Positions 47,170 to 59,500 of a stretch of 64,000 bases of DNA are shown here, piece after piece. The notes beneath the pieces were generated by a model that was not told the origin of the DNA, did no database searches, and saw nothing but the letters and a program-made list of their open reading frames with translations. The stretch is from Chiloscyllium plagiosum (taxonomy: Eukaryota): the NCBI RefSeq assembly GCF_004010195.1, contig NC_057753.1, forward strand, positions 5,131,513 through 5,195,512, read 5' to 3'. The translations under genes were made by a program, and so were the position numbers. How positions within the stretch are numbered: position 1 is the first letter of the stretch; each line of letters starts with the position of its first letter.

Positions 47170-50001
47170 ATTGACCACTCAGACGACCTCTCATCCTCTG
47201 GGACTTGGTTGTGATGGAATCTTTGAGGTCACTGTCACACTTACGCACCAACGAGTCGCTTTCTGCGAAGCTGGGTTTTAACTGGGTTTCAGAACAGTTA
47301 AATCTGGGTTAGAGTCCCAGGGTCGAATTGGTGTTAGCGTCCCAGAGTTAAAAAGGAGTTGGAGTTCTTTGGTGGGGAGCGGGGGGGGGGTATCGAAAAG
47401 GGGTTGGAGTCCTCTAGTGGGGAGATTTGAGGGTCCAGAGCAAAACAAAAGAATAAACAATTTGGTACTTCTTAAAATTGTTGACTTTATCCCCCACACC
47501 TCCCCTGAGAAGTACTTTTAGGACGACATGGCGTCACCGGGAAAAGGGGGAGAAAGTGGAGCTGGTCCCCTCGGGTCCCGACAGTAAAGTGCATTGACTG
47601 CCGGGGAAGCTTTGTCTGGGTTTTTGTGCTGTGAACTCCATGCTGCAAGTCCACCTTCTGGGAAAGGAGGAGCGGCTGGACTGCAGCACCACGTGGTCCG
47701 CTGCGAGGCTTTTCTCTTTTTGTGGGTGTGATTTCATCGTGAGGCAACAACTGGTCTGTCTTTCCTTCATGGCCTCGCCCGGCAATGGGGTGGCGTTCCT
47801 CGGTCCGGTTTCCGCCGAGCTGAGGATGTGTCAGTGATCGTATTGTGCACCAGGCGCTGTGGGGTCCGTGGAGCTTTGGGAATCTTGGACCAATGCTTGG
47901 GTTTTTGTTCCTGTGTGCCGTGGTGGTTGATATGGAGTAGGCAGGTCTGATCTATTTTTGGTCCAACTCTGATGTAGATCTTTTGGGGGCCACCTCCTCC
48001 ATCTTTTTGACTCCTCATTTTTCATTTCACGGATCGTCTCCAAGTGAACTGAGAGGGGTTCTCAAATGTGCACGTTTCCCCCCCCCCCCGTATTAAAATG
48101 AGAGGAACTCTGACCAAAGGCTCTTCAAAACAAAAACGAGAAACACTGACATTAAGGTTGTACTAATACTTGGGTCAAAAAAAGGGCATTTCAGCGTAAG
48201 TTGTGCCATGATGTGAGTGTTTGATATTTAAATATTGTGGTTTGTGAAAATACCGGTTCCGAAAATCCTTTTAAGTGACTGTTTTGCCTTGTTTGAATCA
48301 GGATCTCAATTCAGTGTGTTTTGTGCGCTATGTCATACGCCCGGTTTGTTTTTACATTGAAATTGTACAACATTAGGTCCTTATCAAACTTGGAACCTTA
48401 ATACAGAGTGCCTTGAGCCTCTGATTTGTTTGAAATTTTACAGTGCCTGTTTCAAAAAAGAAACTATTGTGTCAGTGGTCATGCTTTAGCCAGCTGAGAG
48501 TATTGTATTAAAATATCTTTGCTGCTGTGTTTTTTAATGCAGAGTGTTCACACAAAAAAAACCACAAGAGTGCAGTTTTAGTTTGATGTTTTGTGAAGAC
48601 TTTAGCGGCTGAGCTGTTTAAATTCTTTCAATTATTGTCAAGACTTCATTGGCCCCCTTCCTATTGCAAATTCAAAGAACGTTGATCTCTACCAAAGTTT
48701 CCACTGTAATCCCGACTGTTTTATTTGGAAAGTTTCATTTGGAGGACATATTTTAATATATTCTGCATTGTGTTTCCCATGAATATTTGAGATTTCAATC
48801 TGAACTGAAACTGCCTCTTAAATGGTTAAAGCGCAGGAAACATTTTGCCGTTTTCTTGCTGTTCCAGATTTTTGAAATAACTTTTCCTGACAGTTTTCAC
48901 GTCCGCCAAATATTAACTTGTTAAAGGAAAATAATCTTTGAATAACCCGAAGGAGGTTCCTGAGGGTTTGATTTTAGGACCATTGATTGTTGTTTTATAT
49001 TTGACTGAATTGTTTAGGCAGTACAATGTGCAAGTCTATGGGTTGTATAAAACTTGATAATGTCATAAAATCGTGAGCAGAGTAACATTCTTCAAGAATT
49101 CAAAGGATGTTCAAATAGGCAGACACAATTTAGTGCAGTAAAATGTGTGACTGTCTTCATACTGATAACCGCCTTGGCAAGGAAGGAATGAGAGAGGAAA
49201 TGCAAAGATGCTTTCAGGAGCTAACATTGTCTCTAGAGTTTCCTCATTCGCAGGTAAAGCACGCCTTCGGACCACCGCCTGCCCATCCATAACCTGATCC
49301 AACGGATTCAATCGGCTCCCCAGTCATGAGCACGAAAAGTGAAGAAGCTAACAACAGTGAAGAGGAGGTTGGTATGCTTTTTGTCAGTGGCCTTCCTATG
49401 GACATCAAACCACGTGAGCTTTACCTTCTCTTCTGACTATTTAAGGGATATGATGGTTCATGAACATCACAATATCCAGTTAACCTTGTTACATTTGACA
49501 GCAGAACAGGAGCAGAAGCAGCAAATAATGCTGCGTTCACCTAGCCTACTGCTGCTGCAGCTGCTGCACCACACACTCAGATGCGCTAGTATCCTCCATC
49601 TGAAGCAAGTCCACAAGGATGGAAGTCTCATCAGTTTTGTGAAGCATTGCCCTTATCCACCAATTCAGATTTCTCCATGGAGTGATGCACAAGGACAGAT
49701 TGAATTTTGTTTTCAGTTTGAAGGAGGTTTTGGAGAACTGGCTCATTTCCACTCGACTTGGAGGGGAGTGGAGTGGTCACTAAGGACTGCGGATTTAAGA
49801 ACTTTACCGGTGAACCTTTTTTCCTCGTGGGAGGCTCCTGGGAATCCTTTGGGCTAGTGATTTTTGTTGTTATAATCGTTGTATGTTGCGTATCAATAAC
49901 TTGCTTAAGTATTGGCTGTAGGATTCTTATCAATAAATTGTTAGTGCCTTTCTCATTTCCCCCATCAAGACGGTTATCCACGGAATGATAAAAGGAGGGA
50001 A
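47170..50001 (+). mobile_element. Degenerate internal region of a non-autonomous LTR/ERV-like element
   Basis: Integrase-like DFIGPLP at 48642-48662, hydrophobic env-TM-like tail at 49758-49988, polypurine tract AAAAGGAGGGAA at 49990-50001. Confidence 0.5.
49326..49643 (+). pseudogene. RBPMS2: Processed (intronless) RBPMS2-like pseudogene with an internal deletion
   Basis: One frame reads [101 protein letters not shown], matching the recalled RBPMS2 RRM start and C-terminus. Confidence 0.9.
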
Positions 50002-50570
50002 TGAAATATTAAAGAGCTAACTTGCTCAGCTGACCTGCAAGAAATTGAATGCCGTGGGGGTAAGGTGGTGTGACTTTGGCTTATAGCTGGAATGTGGGAG
50101 GTTTACACAGCCATTTCCTTGCCATTCAGGGATGATCTACATTTTCATCCAGAAATCAATAAGAACATTACAGTTGGAATCTGACTACTCCCCTCCAGTT
50201 ACAAAAATCAAACACTTGGCAACAGATTTGACCATCAAGGGATGATTTGCTTTACACTGTTTCTGGAGGTGGGGTGTTCGCTGTATTGTATCTGGAGGGG
50301 CATTTGACTATGAGGGGATGGCTGAGGGTTGTCTTGCGGGCAGTACTGACTATGATGTTGAGAGTTTTGTATAAAGCAAAGACTGTTCCCTTTGTTCAGA
50401 GAGAGATTTTTGCCACGACCCCTTAAGCTGTGCGAGGTGTGTGCTAAAGGCTCCTCCAGAAAGCTTGTATTGTACTGTACTTAATAAATTTGGTTGCCTG
50501 TTCACAGACGTTGGTGTGTTGTAGTTCCATCAAGGGTGTAAGAATCTCAAGAGTAAAAGAACCTAATACA
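50002..50570 (+). mobile_element. 3' LTR of an ERV-like element
   Basis: Starts TG right after the PPT, contains TATAAA (about 50370) and AATAAA (about 50483), ends TACA. Confidence 0.75.
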
Positions 50571-51750
50571 CAAATTTTTGCAAACTTCATCACGTGTATA
50601 ATTAGCTTGCCATGATTGAACAGGATGGACCTACTTATGTAAGATTCTGATTATCTGGTTTGAAGATCACAGAGAGTGGAATGTAACGTATAGATCACAA
50701 AGTGATATCTCCAGTCTAGATTATTAAGGGTTAATTGAACATGGCAATAAGCTATTGATGAAAAGCAAGTGGAAACCGGCTGTTTCGCAAGGAGGTGGCC
50801 TTGGTGTGAGAACAGCTTCATTTGCAACAACAGTGAGACTTGTTTCCGACCACCAAGCACAGAGGAATGCTTGGAAGAAGTACTCAAGAGGCAGTTGAGC
50901 ATGTTTGATTGAATTTGGTTTATTATTTCTGTCACATGGACTGAGATACAACGAAAAGCATTGTTTTGCACACTATTCAGACAGATCATACCATACATAA
51001 GCCCATCGGGGGGAAAGAGAACAGGATGCAGAGAGTCGTGTTACAGCTGCAGAGAAAGAGCAGAGACCGAGAGATCGACGTTAAAATTAAAATAATGTAA
51101 AATCAAGTATATTAACACTGGGGACTTCTCTCATTTTTTCCGACTTGACCATTGGACTAGGTTCATAAGCAGTGCCGTGGAAGTTGAGATTGAGCTCCAA
51201 GCGCCAACCATCTCCAGGCTTCTCGAGGGTGAAACGACGTGAGACTCCCTTGTTTGGATATATCTAAAGTAGTTTAAGTTATTAATTTTGTTGAAATCTA
51301 TCTAAAGTAGTGTAAATTAATAATGATTAGATTACTTTATGTATATTAAGTGACCAAAGCTAATAGATTTCTGTGACGCGCTAGTTTGGTCTCAGGGGAC
51401 ATGTCATACCCAGTTCTGGGGGGACACGTTTCGGAAGTACATGAAGCGTTAGAGAGGGTCATTGCTTATTACAGCACGAAAAGAGACTCATCGTGCCCGA
51501 AACGATCATCACGTAGCTCCCTAATCGGCATGGTGGCTCAGTGGTTAGCACTGCTGCCTCACAGCGCCAGGGATCCGGGTTCGATTCCAGCCTTGGGCGA
51601 CTGTCTGCGTGGAGTTTGCACATCCTCTCCCTGTGTCTGCGTGGGTTTCCTCCGGGTGCTCGGGTTTCCTCCCACAGTCCAAAGGTGTGTGGGTTTGCGT
51701 GATGTGTTGCCCGTTGTGTTCAGGGATGTGTAGGTTAGGTGCATTAGTCA

Positions 51751-53236
51751 GGGGTAAATGTAGAATCATAGGGCAGGAAGAATTGGTCTGGGTTTGTTAC
51801 TCTTTGGAGTGTCAGTGTGAACTTGTTGGGCCAAATGGCCTGTTTCCAAACTGTGGGGATTCTATGATTCTGATTCCTGTTTCCCAGCACTTGGTCTGCA
51901 GCATTGTCTCCCAAGCCACTTCATGCAATTACCTAAGTATTTCTATCAATACTGCATTTACGCAGTGAGTGTCAAACACCTACCACCCTCTGGCTGAAAC
52001 AATTCCTCCTCAAAGCCCCTCTGAACAGCTTTTTTTAAAAATCTGCGTCCCTTAGTCGATCCTGTCATTAAAAGGGAAAAGTTTTTTTCCTCTCATACCT
52101 ATCTCTGCCTCTCATAATGTTGTAGATCTCAGTCCATAAGACATGGGAGTGGAAGTAAGGCCATTTAATCATGGCTGATGGGCATTTCAACTCCACTTAC
52201 CCGCACTCTCCCCATAGCTCTTAATTCCTTGCGAGTTCAAGAGTTTATCACTCTCTGCCTTGAAGATGTTTAATGTCCCCGCCTCCACTGCGCTCCGTGG
52301 CAATGCGTTCCACAGGCCCACCGCTCTCTGGCTGACGAAATGTCTTCTCATTTCTGTTTTAAATTGACCCCCTCTAATTCTAAGGCTGTGCCCACGTCCT
52401 AGTCTCCCCGGCTAATGGAAATAACCTCCCAGCGTCCACCCTTTCTAAGCCATGCATTATTTTATAAGTTTCTATTAGATCTCCCCTCAACCTTGGGGTA
52501 AATGTAGAATCATAGGGCAGGAAGAATTGGTCTGGGTTTGTTACTCTTTGGAGTGTCAGTGTGAACTTGTTGGGCCAAATGGCCTGTTTCCAAACTGTGG
52601 GGATTCTATGATTCTGATTCCTGTTTCCCAGCACTTGGTCTGCAGCATTGTCTCCCAAGCCACTTCATGCAATTACCTAAGTATTTCTATCAATACTGCC
52701 TTTACGCAGTGAGTGTCAAACACCTACCACCCTCTGGCTGAAACAATTCCTCCTCAAAGCCCCTCTGAACAGCTTTTTTAAAAATCTGCGTTCCTTAGTC
52801 GATCCTGTCATTAAAAGGGAAAAGTTTTTTCCTATCATACCTATCTTTGCTTCTCATAATGTTGTAGATCTCAGTCCATAAGACATGGGAGTGGAAGTAA
52901 GGCCATTTAATCATGGCTGATGGGCATTTCAACTCCACTTACCCACACTCTCCCCATAGCTCTTAATTCCTTGTGAGTTCAAGAGTTTATCACTCTCTGC
53001 CTTGAAGATGTTTAATGTCCCCGCCTCCACTGCGCTTCGTGGCAATGCGTTCCACAGGCCCACCGCTCTCTGGCTGACGAAATGTCTTCTCATTTCTGAT
53101 TTAAATTGACCCCCTCTAATTCTAAGGCTGTGCCCACGTCCTAGTCTCCCCGGCTAATGGAAATAATCTCCCAGCGTCCACCCTTTCTAAGCCATGCATT
53201 ATTTTGTAAGTTTCTATTAGATCTCCCCTCAACCTT
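51751..53236. repeat. Near-identical tandem duplication, about 743-bp unit
   Basis: 51751-52494 is repeated at 52495-53236, both starting GGGGTAAATGTAGAATCATAGGGCAGG. Confidence 0.9.
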
Positions 53237-56200
53237 CTAAACTCCGATGAATACAATCCCAGGATCCTCAGCTGTTCATTGTATGTTAGGCCTACCATTC
53301 CAGGGATCATCCATGTGAATCCCCGCTGGACACGCTGCAGTGCCAGTATGTCCTTCCTGAGGTGTGGGGCCCAAAATTGGACACTGTATTCTAAATGGAG
53401 CCGAACTAGAGCTCTATAAAGTCTCAGAAAGACATCGCTGCTTTTATATTCCAATCCTCTTGAGATAAATGACAATATTACACTTGCTGTCTTCACCACG
53501 GTCTCAAGCTGCAAGTCAATCTTTAGAGAATCCTGGACTAGCACTCCCAGATCCCTTTGTACATTGGCTTTATGAATTTTCTCACCGTTTAGAAAATAGT
53601 TCATGCCTGAATTCTTTTTTCCAAAATGCAAGACCTCACATTTGCTCATTTCCTGGACCATTCTCCTAAACTGTCTGAATCTTTCTGCAGCTTCCCCACC
53701 TCCTCAGAACTACCTGCCTGTCCACCTAACTTCATATCATCGGTGAACTTCGCTAGAATGCCCCCAGTCCCTTCATCCAGCTCATTAATATATAAAGTGA
53801 ACAGCTGCAGCCCCAACACTGAACCCTGCGGGACACCACTTGTCACCAGCTGCCATTCTGAAAAAGAACCATTTATCCCAACTCTCTGCCTTCTGACAGA
53901 TGGCCAATCCTCAGTCCATGCCAATAGCTCACCTCAAACACCATGGGCCCTCACCTTACTCAGCAGCCTCCCATGAGGCACCTTATTAAAGGCGTTTTGG
54001 AAACCTTATTAAAGGTTTCCCTGGTCTAACCTAATTGTTACCTCTTCAAAGAATTCTAACAGGTTTGTCAGGCACGACCTTCCCTTACTGAATCCATGCT
54101 GACTTATTCTAACTTGACCGTACACTTCCAAGAATTTAGAAATCTCATCCTCAACGATGGATTCTAGAATTTTAACTACAACTGAGGTTAGGCTAATTGG
54201 CCTATAATTTTCCATCTTTTGTCTTGATCCTTTCTTGAACAAGGGGGTTACAAACGCGATCTTCCAATCATCTGGGAATTTTCCTGACTCCAGTAATTTT
54301 TGAAAGATCAGAACCAACGCCTCCACTATTTCCTCCGTCACCTCCCACAGAACTCTAGGATGTAGCCCATCGAAGCCTGGAGATTTATCAATTTTTAGAC
54401 CTTTTAGCTTTTCTAGCACTTTCTCTTTTGTAATGGCTACCATACTCAACTCTGCCCCTTAACTCTCCTTAATTGTTTGGATATTACTCATGTCTTCCAG
54501 TGTGAAAACTGACACAAAGTACTTGTTAAGTTCTTCAGCTATTTCCTTATCTCCCATCACTAGCCTTCCTGCATCAATTTAGAGTGGCCAATTTCTACTT
54601 TTGCCTCTCGTTTGTTTCTTATGTATTGAAAGAAACTTTCACGATCATTTCTAATATTACTGGCTAGTTTACCTTCATATTTAATCCTCTCCTTCCTTAT
54701 TTCTCTCTTTGTTATCCTCTTTGTTTTTGTAGCCTTCCCAATCTTCACACCCCTGTCATTACCCTTATTTAACTGTAACACCATTCCATCTGACAATGCC
54801 TTCTCTCTTTCAAACTGCAGACTGAACTCTACCATATTATGATTGCTGCCTCCTAAGTGTTCCCTTACTTTAAGATCTTTTATAAAGTCTGGCTCATTAT
54901 ATAGCATGAAGTCCAGAATAGCCTGCTCCCTTGTGGGTTCCATCACAAGCTGTTCCAAAAAGCCATTCTGTAAGCATTCCATGAATTCCCTTTCTTTGGA
55001 TCCACCGGCAACATTACTCACTTAGTCAATTTGCATATTGAAGTCCCCCATGATCACCGTGACCTTGCCTTTCTGAGAGAAAGTGAGGACTGCAGATGCT
55101 GGAGATCAGAGCTGAAAATGTGTTGCTGGAAAAGCGCAGCAGGTCAGGCAGCATCCAGGGAACAGGAGAATCGACGTTTTGGGCATGAGCCTGAAGAAGG
55201 GCTCATGCCCGAAACGTCGATTCTCCTGCTCCTTGGATGCTGCCTGACCTGCTGCGCTTTTCCAGCAACACATTTTCAGCCCTTGCCTTTCTGACATGAC
55301 CTATCTATTTCCTGGTACATTTTGCACCCCAGTCCTGGCCACTGCTGGGAGGTCCGTACATAGCTCCCATTATGGGTTTTTGTCTTTATGGTTCCTCAAC
55401 TCCACCCAGACGGACTCCACATCATCTGACTCCATGTCATTCAGTGCCATAGATTTAATTTCATTCTTAACTCACAAGGCAACCCTGCCCCCTCTGCCCA
55501 CCTCCCTGTCTTTTCGATAAGTTGTAAATTCTTGGATGTTTAACTGCCAGTCCTGAACCCCCTGCAACCACGTCTCTGTGATGCCTACCACATCATAATC
55601 ATTTACAATGATTGCTGCTGTTAATTCATCTACTTTGTTACGAATACTATGAGCATTCAGGTAAAGCACCTTAATACTAATTTTTCTTATCCTCATGATT
55701 TCCATCACCTCTAGTAGTATGTCCTAAGTAATTCTTCCTTTTTTGTTTTATTTCTAGTCTGCCTAGAACTTTAGCTCTGCTCACATGCTAACCTGCTGCT
55801 TACTTTCTACTTGACTCCATACTCCCTGTTGCTTTCCCTTTCCCCTCCCCCCCACCGACTCACAAGTTTGAAGTCCTAGTGACCACCCTATTGATCCTTT
55901 TCACCAGAACGCTGGTTCCAGATCGGTTCAGGTGGAGGCCGTCCCATCGGTACAGATCTCCCCAGTTCCAAAACTGATGCCAATGTCCCATGAAATGGAA
56001 TCCCTCCTTCCCACACCAATCTCTTAGCCACGTGTTTACTTCCCTAATTCTCTGTTCCCTATGTCAATTAGCACGTGGCTCAGGCAGTAATCCAGAGATT
56101 GTGACCCTCGAGGACCTGTTCTTCGATTTTGTTCCTCGCGCTTGATAATCCCCAAACAGATCCTCCTTCCTAGCCTTGCCGATGTTGTTAGTGCCAACGT

Positions 56201-56503
56201 GGACCGCAACAACTGGATCCTCTCCCTCCCGCTCCAATATCCTTTCAAGCCAGTCAGAGATGTCCTACACCCTGGCACCGGGCAGGCAACACACCATGAG
56301 GGACTCCCGATCCGGCTCACAAAGGATACTATCTGTCCCCTAATTAGAGAATCCTTATAACAACTATTTGTCTTTTTGCTCCTCAGCTTTGAATGGCCTT
56401 CTGCGCCATGGTGCGGTCGTCAGCTGGCACATCCTCCCCATAGCCCTTTTCTCATCCATATTGGGGAGCAAAAGTCTCCTACCTGTTGGACAAGGTCAAG
56501 GGC
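52875..56503 (-). mobile_element. Long CR1-type LINE with SGNH-esterase ORF1 remnant, APE endonuclease and RT (disrupted)
   Basis: ORF1 motifs VHVGTNNI and DLYRWDGLHLN; ORF2 YLNAHSIRNK...GITETWL, NYRPISLTS and GVPQGSVLG. Confidence 0.92.
55077..55280. mobile_element. 204-bp hammerhead-bearing foldback insertion with a 14-bp TSD
   Basis: CCTTGCCTTTCTGA at 55063-55076 and 55281-55294; CTGAAGA-AGGGC-TCAT-GCCC-GAAACGTC at 55191-55218. Confidence 0.88.
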
Positions 56504-56574
56504 TGGTCCCTTCTCCATCTTCTCTGCTTCAAAGAAAAGGCCAGAGCTTTATTGAGCCTCTCTTCATAGTTTGA

Positions 56575-59500
56575 AGTAGTCTGTTTGCAGGCAAAGGGAC
56601 CTCCGGCAAGTGGGAGGCCTTTAAAAGTGAGATAGCTAGAGTTCAAGGTCTATATGTTCCTGTGGGGGTGAAAGGCAAGGTTGACAGGAATCAGGAACCC
56701 TGGATGACAGGAGATATTGAGGCTTTGGCCAGAAAAAAAGGAGGAGATGTGGCTCAGGTACAGGCAGCTGAGATCAAGGGAATCCCTGGAGGTATATAAG
56801 GGATACAGGAGTTTACTGGAAATCAGGAGGGCGAAAGGGGGGACACGAGACAGCCTTGGTTGAGAAGATTAGGATGAATCCAAAGAGGTTCTTACATTTA
56901 TTAAAGACGAAAGAATAACTAGGGAGAGAATAGGGCCCCTCAAGGATCAAAGTGGACATAGATGTGTAGAACCGCGGGAGATGGGTGAGGTCATCAATGA
57001 ATATTTCTTCTCTGTGTTTTCCATGGGGGTTTGTGTGGGGGAGTGAGCGTGGGGGATGAGTGTGACNNNNNNNNNNNNNNNNNNNNNNNNNNNNNNNNNN
57101 NNNNNNNNNNNNNNNNNNNNNNNNNNNNNNNNNNNNNNNNNNNNNNNNNNNNNNNNNNNNNNNNNNNNNNNNNNNNNNNNNNNNNNNNNNNNNNNNNNNN
57201 NNNNNNNNNNNNNNNNNNNNNNNNNNNNNNNNNNNNNNNNNNNNNNNNNNNNNNNNNNNNNNNNNNNNNNNNNNNNNNNNNNNNNNNNNNNNNNNNNNNN
57301 NNNNNNNNNNNNNNNNNNNNNNNNNNNNNNNNNNNNNNNNNNNNNNNNNNNNNNNNNNNNNNNNNNNNNNNNNNNNNNNNNNNNNNNNNNNNNNNNNNNN
57401 NNNNNNNNNNNNNNNNNNNNNNNNNNNNNNNNNNNNNNNNNNNNNNNNNNNNNNNNNNNNNNNNNNNNNNNNNNNNNNNNNNNNNNNNNNNNNNNNNNNN
57501 NNNNNNNNNNNNNNNNNNNNNNNNNNNNNNNNNNNNNNNNNNNNNNNNNNNNNNNNNNNNNNNNNNNNNNNNNNNNNNNNNNNNNNNNNNNNNNNNNNNN
57601 NNNNNNNNGGTGAGTCTGACAGTGGGGTTGTGTGCGGGCGGTGAGTCTGACAGTGGGGGTGTGTGCGGGCGGTGAGTCTGACAGTGGGGGTGTGTGCAGG
57701 GGGAGTGAGCGTGATGGTGGGGGAGTGTGACCTGGGGACTTGGGGAAGTTAGTGGTGATATCTTGAGGACAGTCCATATTGCAGTCAAGGAGGTGTGGAT
57801 GTATTAAGGTGGATAAATCTCCTGGTCCTGACCAGATCTAGCCAAGAACACTGCAAGTGGCAAGAGAAGAAATTGCAGGGGCCCTGGCTGGGTGAGGTCC
57901 CGGAAGACTGCAGGGTAGATTTGAGCTATAGGGAGAGGCTGAACAGGCTGGGGCTGTTTTCCCTGGAGCGTCAGAGGCTGAGGGGTGACCTTATAGAGGC
58001 TTATAAGATCATGAGGGGCATGGAAAGGATAAATAGATAAAGTATTTTCTCTGGGGTGGGGGAGTCCAGAACTAGAGGGCATAGGGTTAGGGTGAGAGGG
58101 GAAAGATATAAAAGAGACCTAAGAGGCAGCTTTTTCACACAGAGGGCGGCACGTGCATGGAATGAGCTGCCAGAGGAAGTGGTGGAGGCTGGTCCAATTG
58201 CAACACTTAAAAGGTATTTGGATGGGTATATGAATAGGAAGGGTTTGGAGGGATATGGGCCGGGTGCTGGCAGGTGGGACTAGATTGGGTTGGGATATCT
58301 GGTCGACATGGACGGGTTGGACCGAAGGGTCTGTTTCCGTGCTGTACATCTCTATGAATGTTGTGCCATTGTTCAAGGAGGACTGCAAAGAAAATTCTGG
58401 GAACTATAGACCAGTAAACTTAATGTCTGTGGTGGTAAATTACTTGAGAAGATTCTGAGAGATAAGATGTACATGCATTTGGAAAGACTGGGTTTGATTA
58501 GGAGTAGTCAGCATGGCTTTGTGTGCGGATGATCATGCCTCACAAATTTGTTCGAGTTGTTTGATGAAGTGACCAGGAAGTTTGACGAAGGCAGGGTGGT
58601 AGATGTAGTCAATATGGCTTTCAGTAAGGCCTTTGAGAAGGTTCCACATGGTAGGCTGCTCTGGAAGGTTATATCACATGTAATCCAAGGCGAGCTGGTG
58701 AATTGGATACTCAGTTGGCTTGACAGTAGGAAGCAGATGGTAATAGTGAAAGGATGCTTATTGGACTAGAGGCCTGTGACTAGTGGAGTGCCTCAGGGGT
58801 CAGTGCTGAGTCCATTACTGTTTGTCATCTATATCAATGATATAGATGAGAATGTACGAGGCATGATTAGTAAGTTTATCGATGACACTAAAATACATGG
58901 TAATGTGGGCAGTGAGGAAGGTTGTGAGAAATTGCAGCTGGACCTTGATCAGCCGGGTAAGTGAGCCAAAACCTGGCAAATGGAGTTTAATATAGATTAG
59001 TGTGAGGTCTTGTGTTTTGAAAAGTTATGTCAAGGTAGGAGTTTCATGGTGAATGGTCGGGTCTTAAGGAGTGTAGTGGAACAGAAGGATCTTGGAGTTC
59101 AGGTGGACAGTTCTCTGAAAGTGGAGTCACAGGTAGACAGGGCAGTGAAGAAGGCTTTTGGTACACTGGCTTTCATCAGTCAGGGCATTGAGTATAGAAG
59201 TTGGGAAGTTATGTTGCAGTTATACAGGATGTTGGTGTGTATTGTGTTCAGTTTTGATCACCTTGCTATAGGAAGGATGTTATTAAACTGGAAAGAGTGC
59301 AGAAGAAATTTACAAGCATGTTGCCAGGACTCAATGGTCTGAGTAATAGGGAAAGGTTGGACAAGTTCGGATTTTATTCTTTGGATCGTAGGAGACTGAG
59401 GGGGGGATGCTATAGAGGTGTATAAGATCACGAGAGGCATGGAAAGGGTGAATGCACTCAATCTTTTTCCCAGGGTTGGGGAATTGGGGACTAGTGGGCG

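Noticed and set aside
46897..47281. ER-rich and LS-rich ORFs
   Set aside because: Translations of the (CT)n microsatellite.
49339..49857. 172-aa ORF overlapping the RBPMS2 retrocopy
   Set aside because: Different frame from the RBPMS2 homology, non-ATG start, no recognisable domain.
56947..57788. Long ORFs containing X runs
   Set aside because: Artefacts of the 542-N assembly gap.
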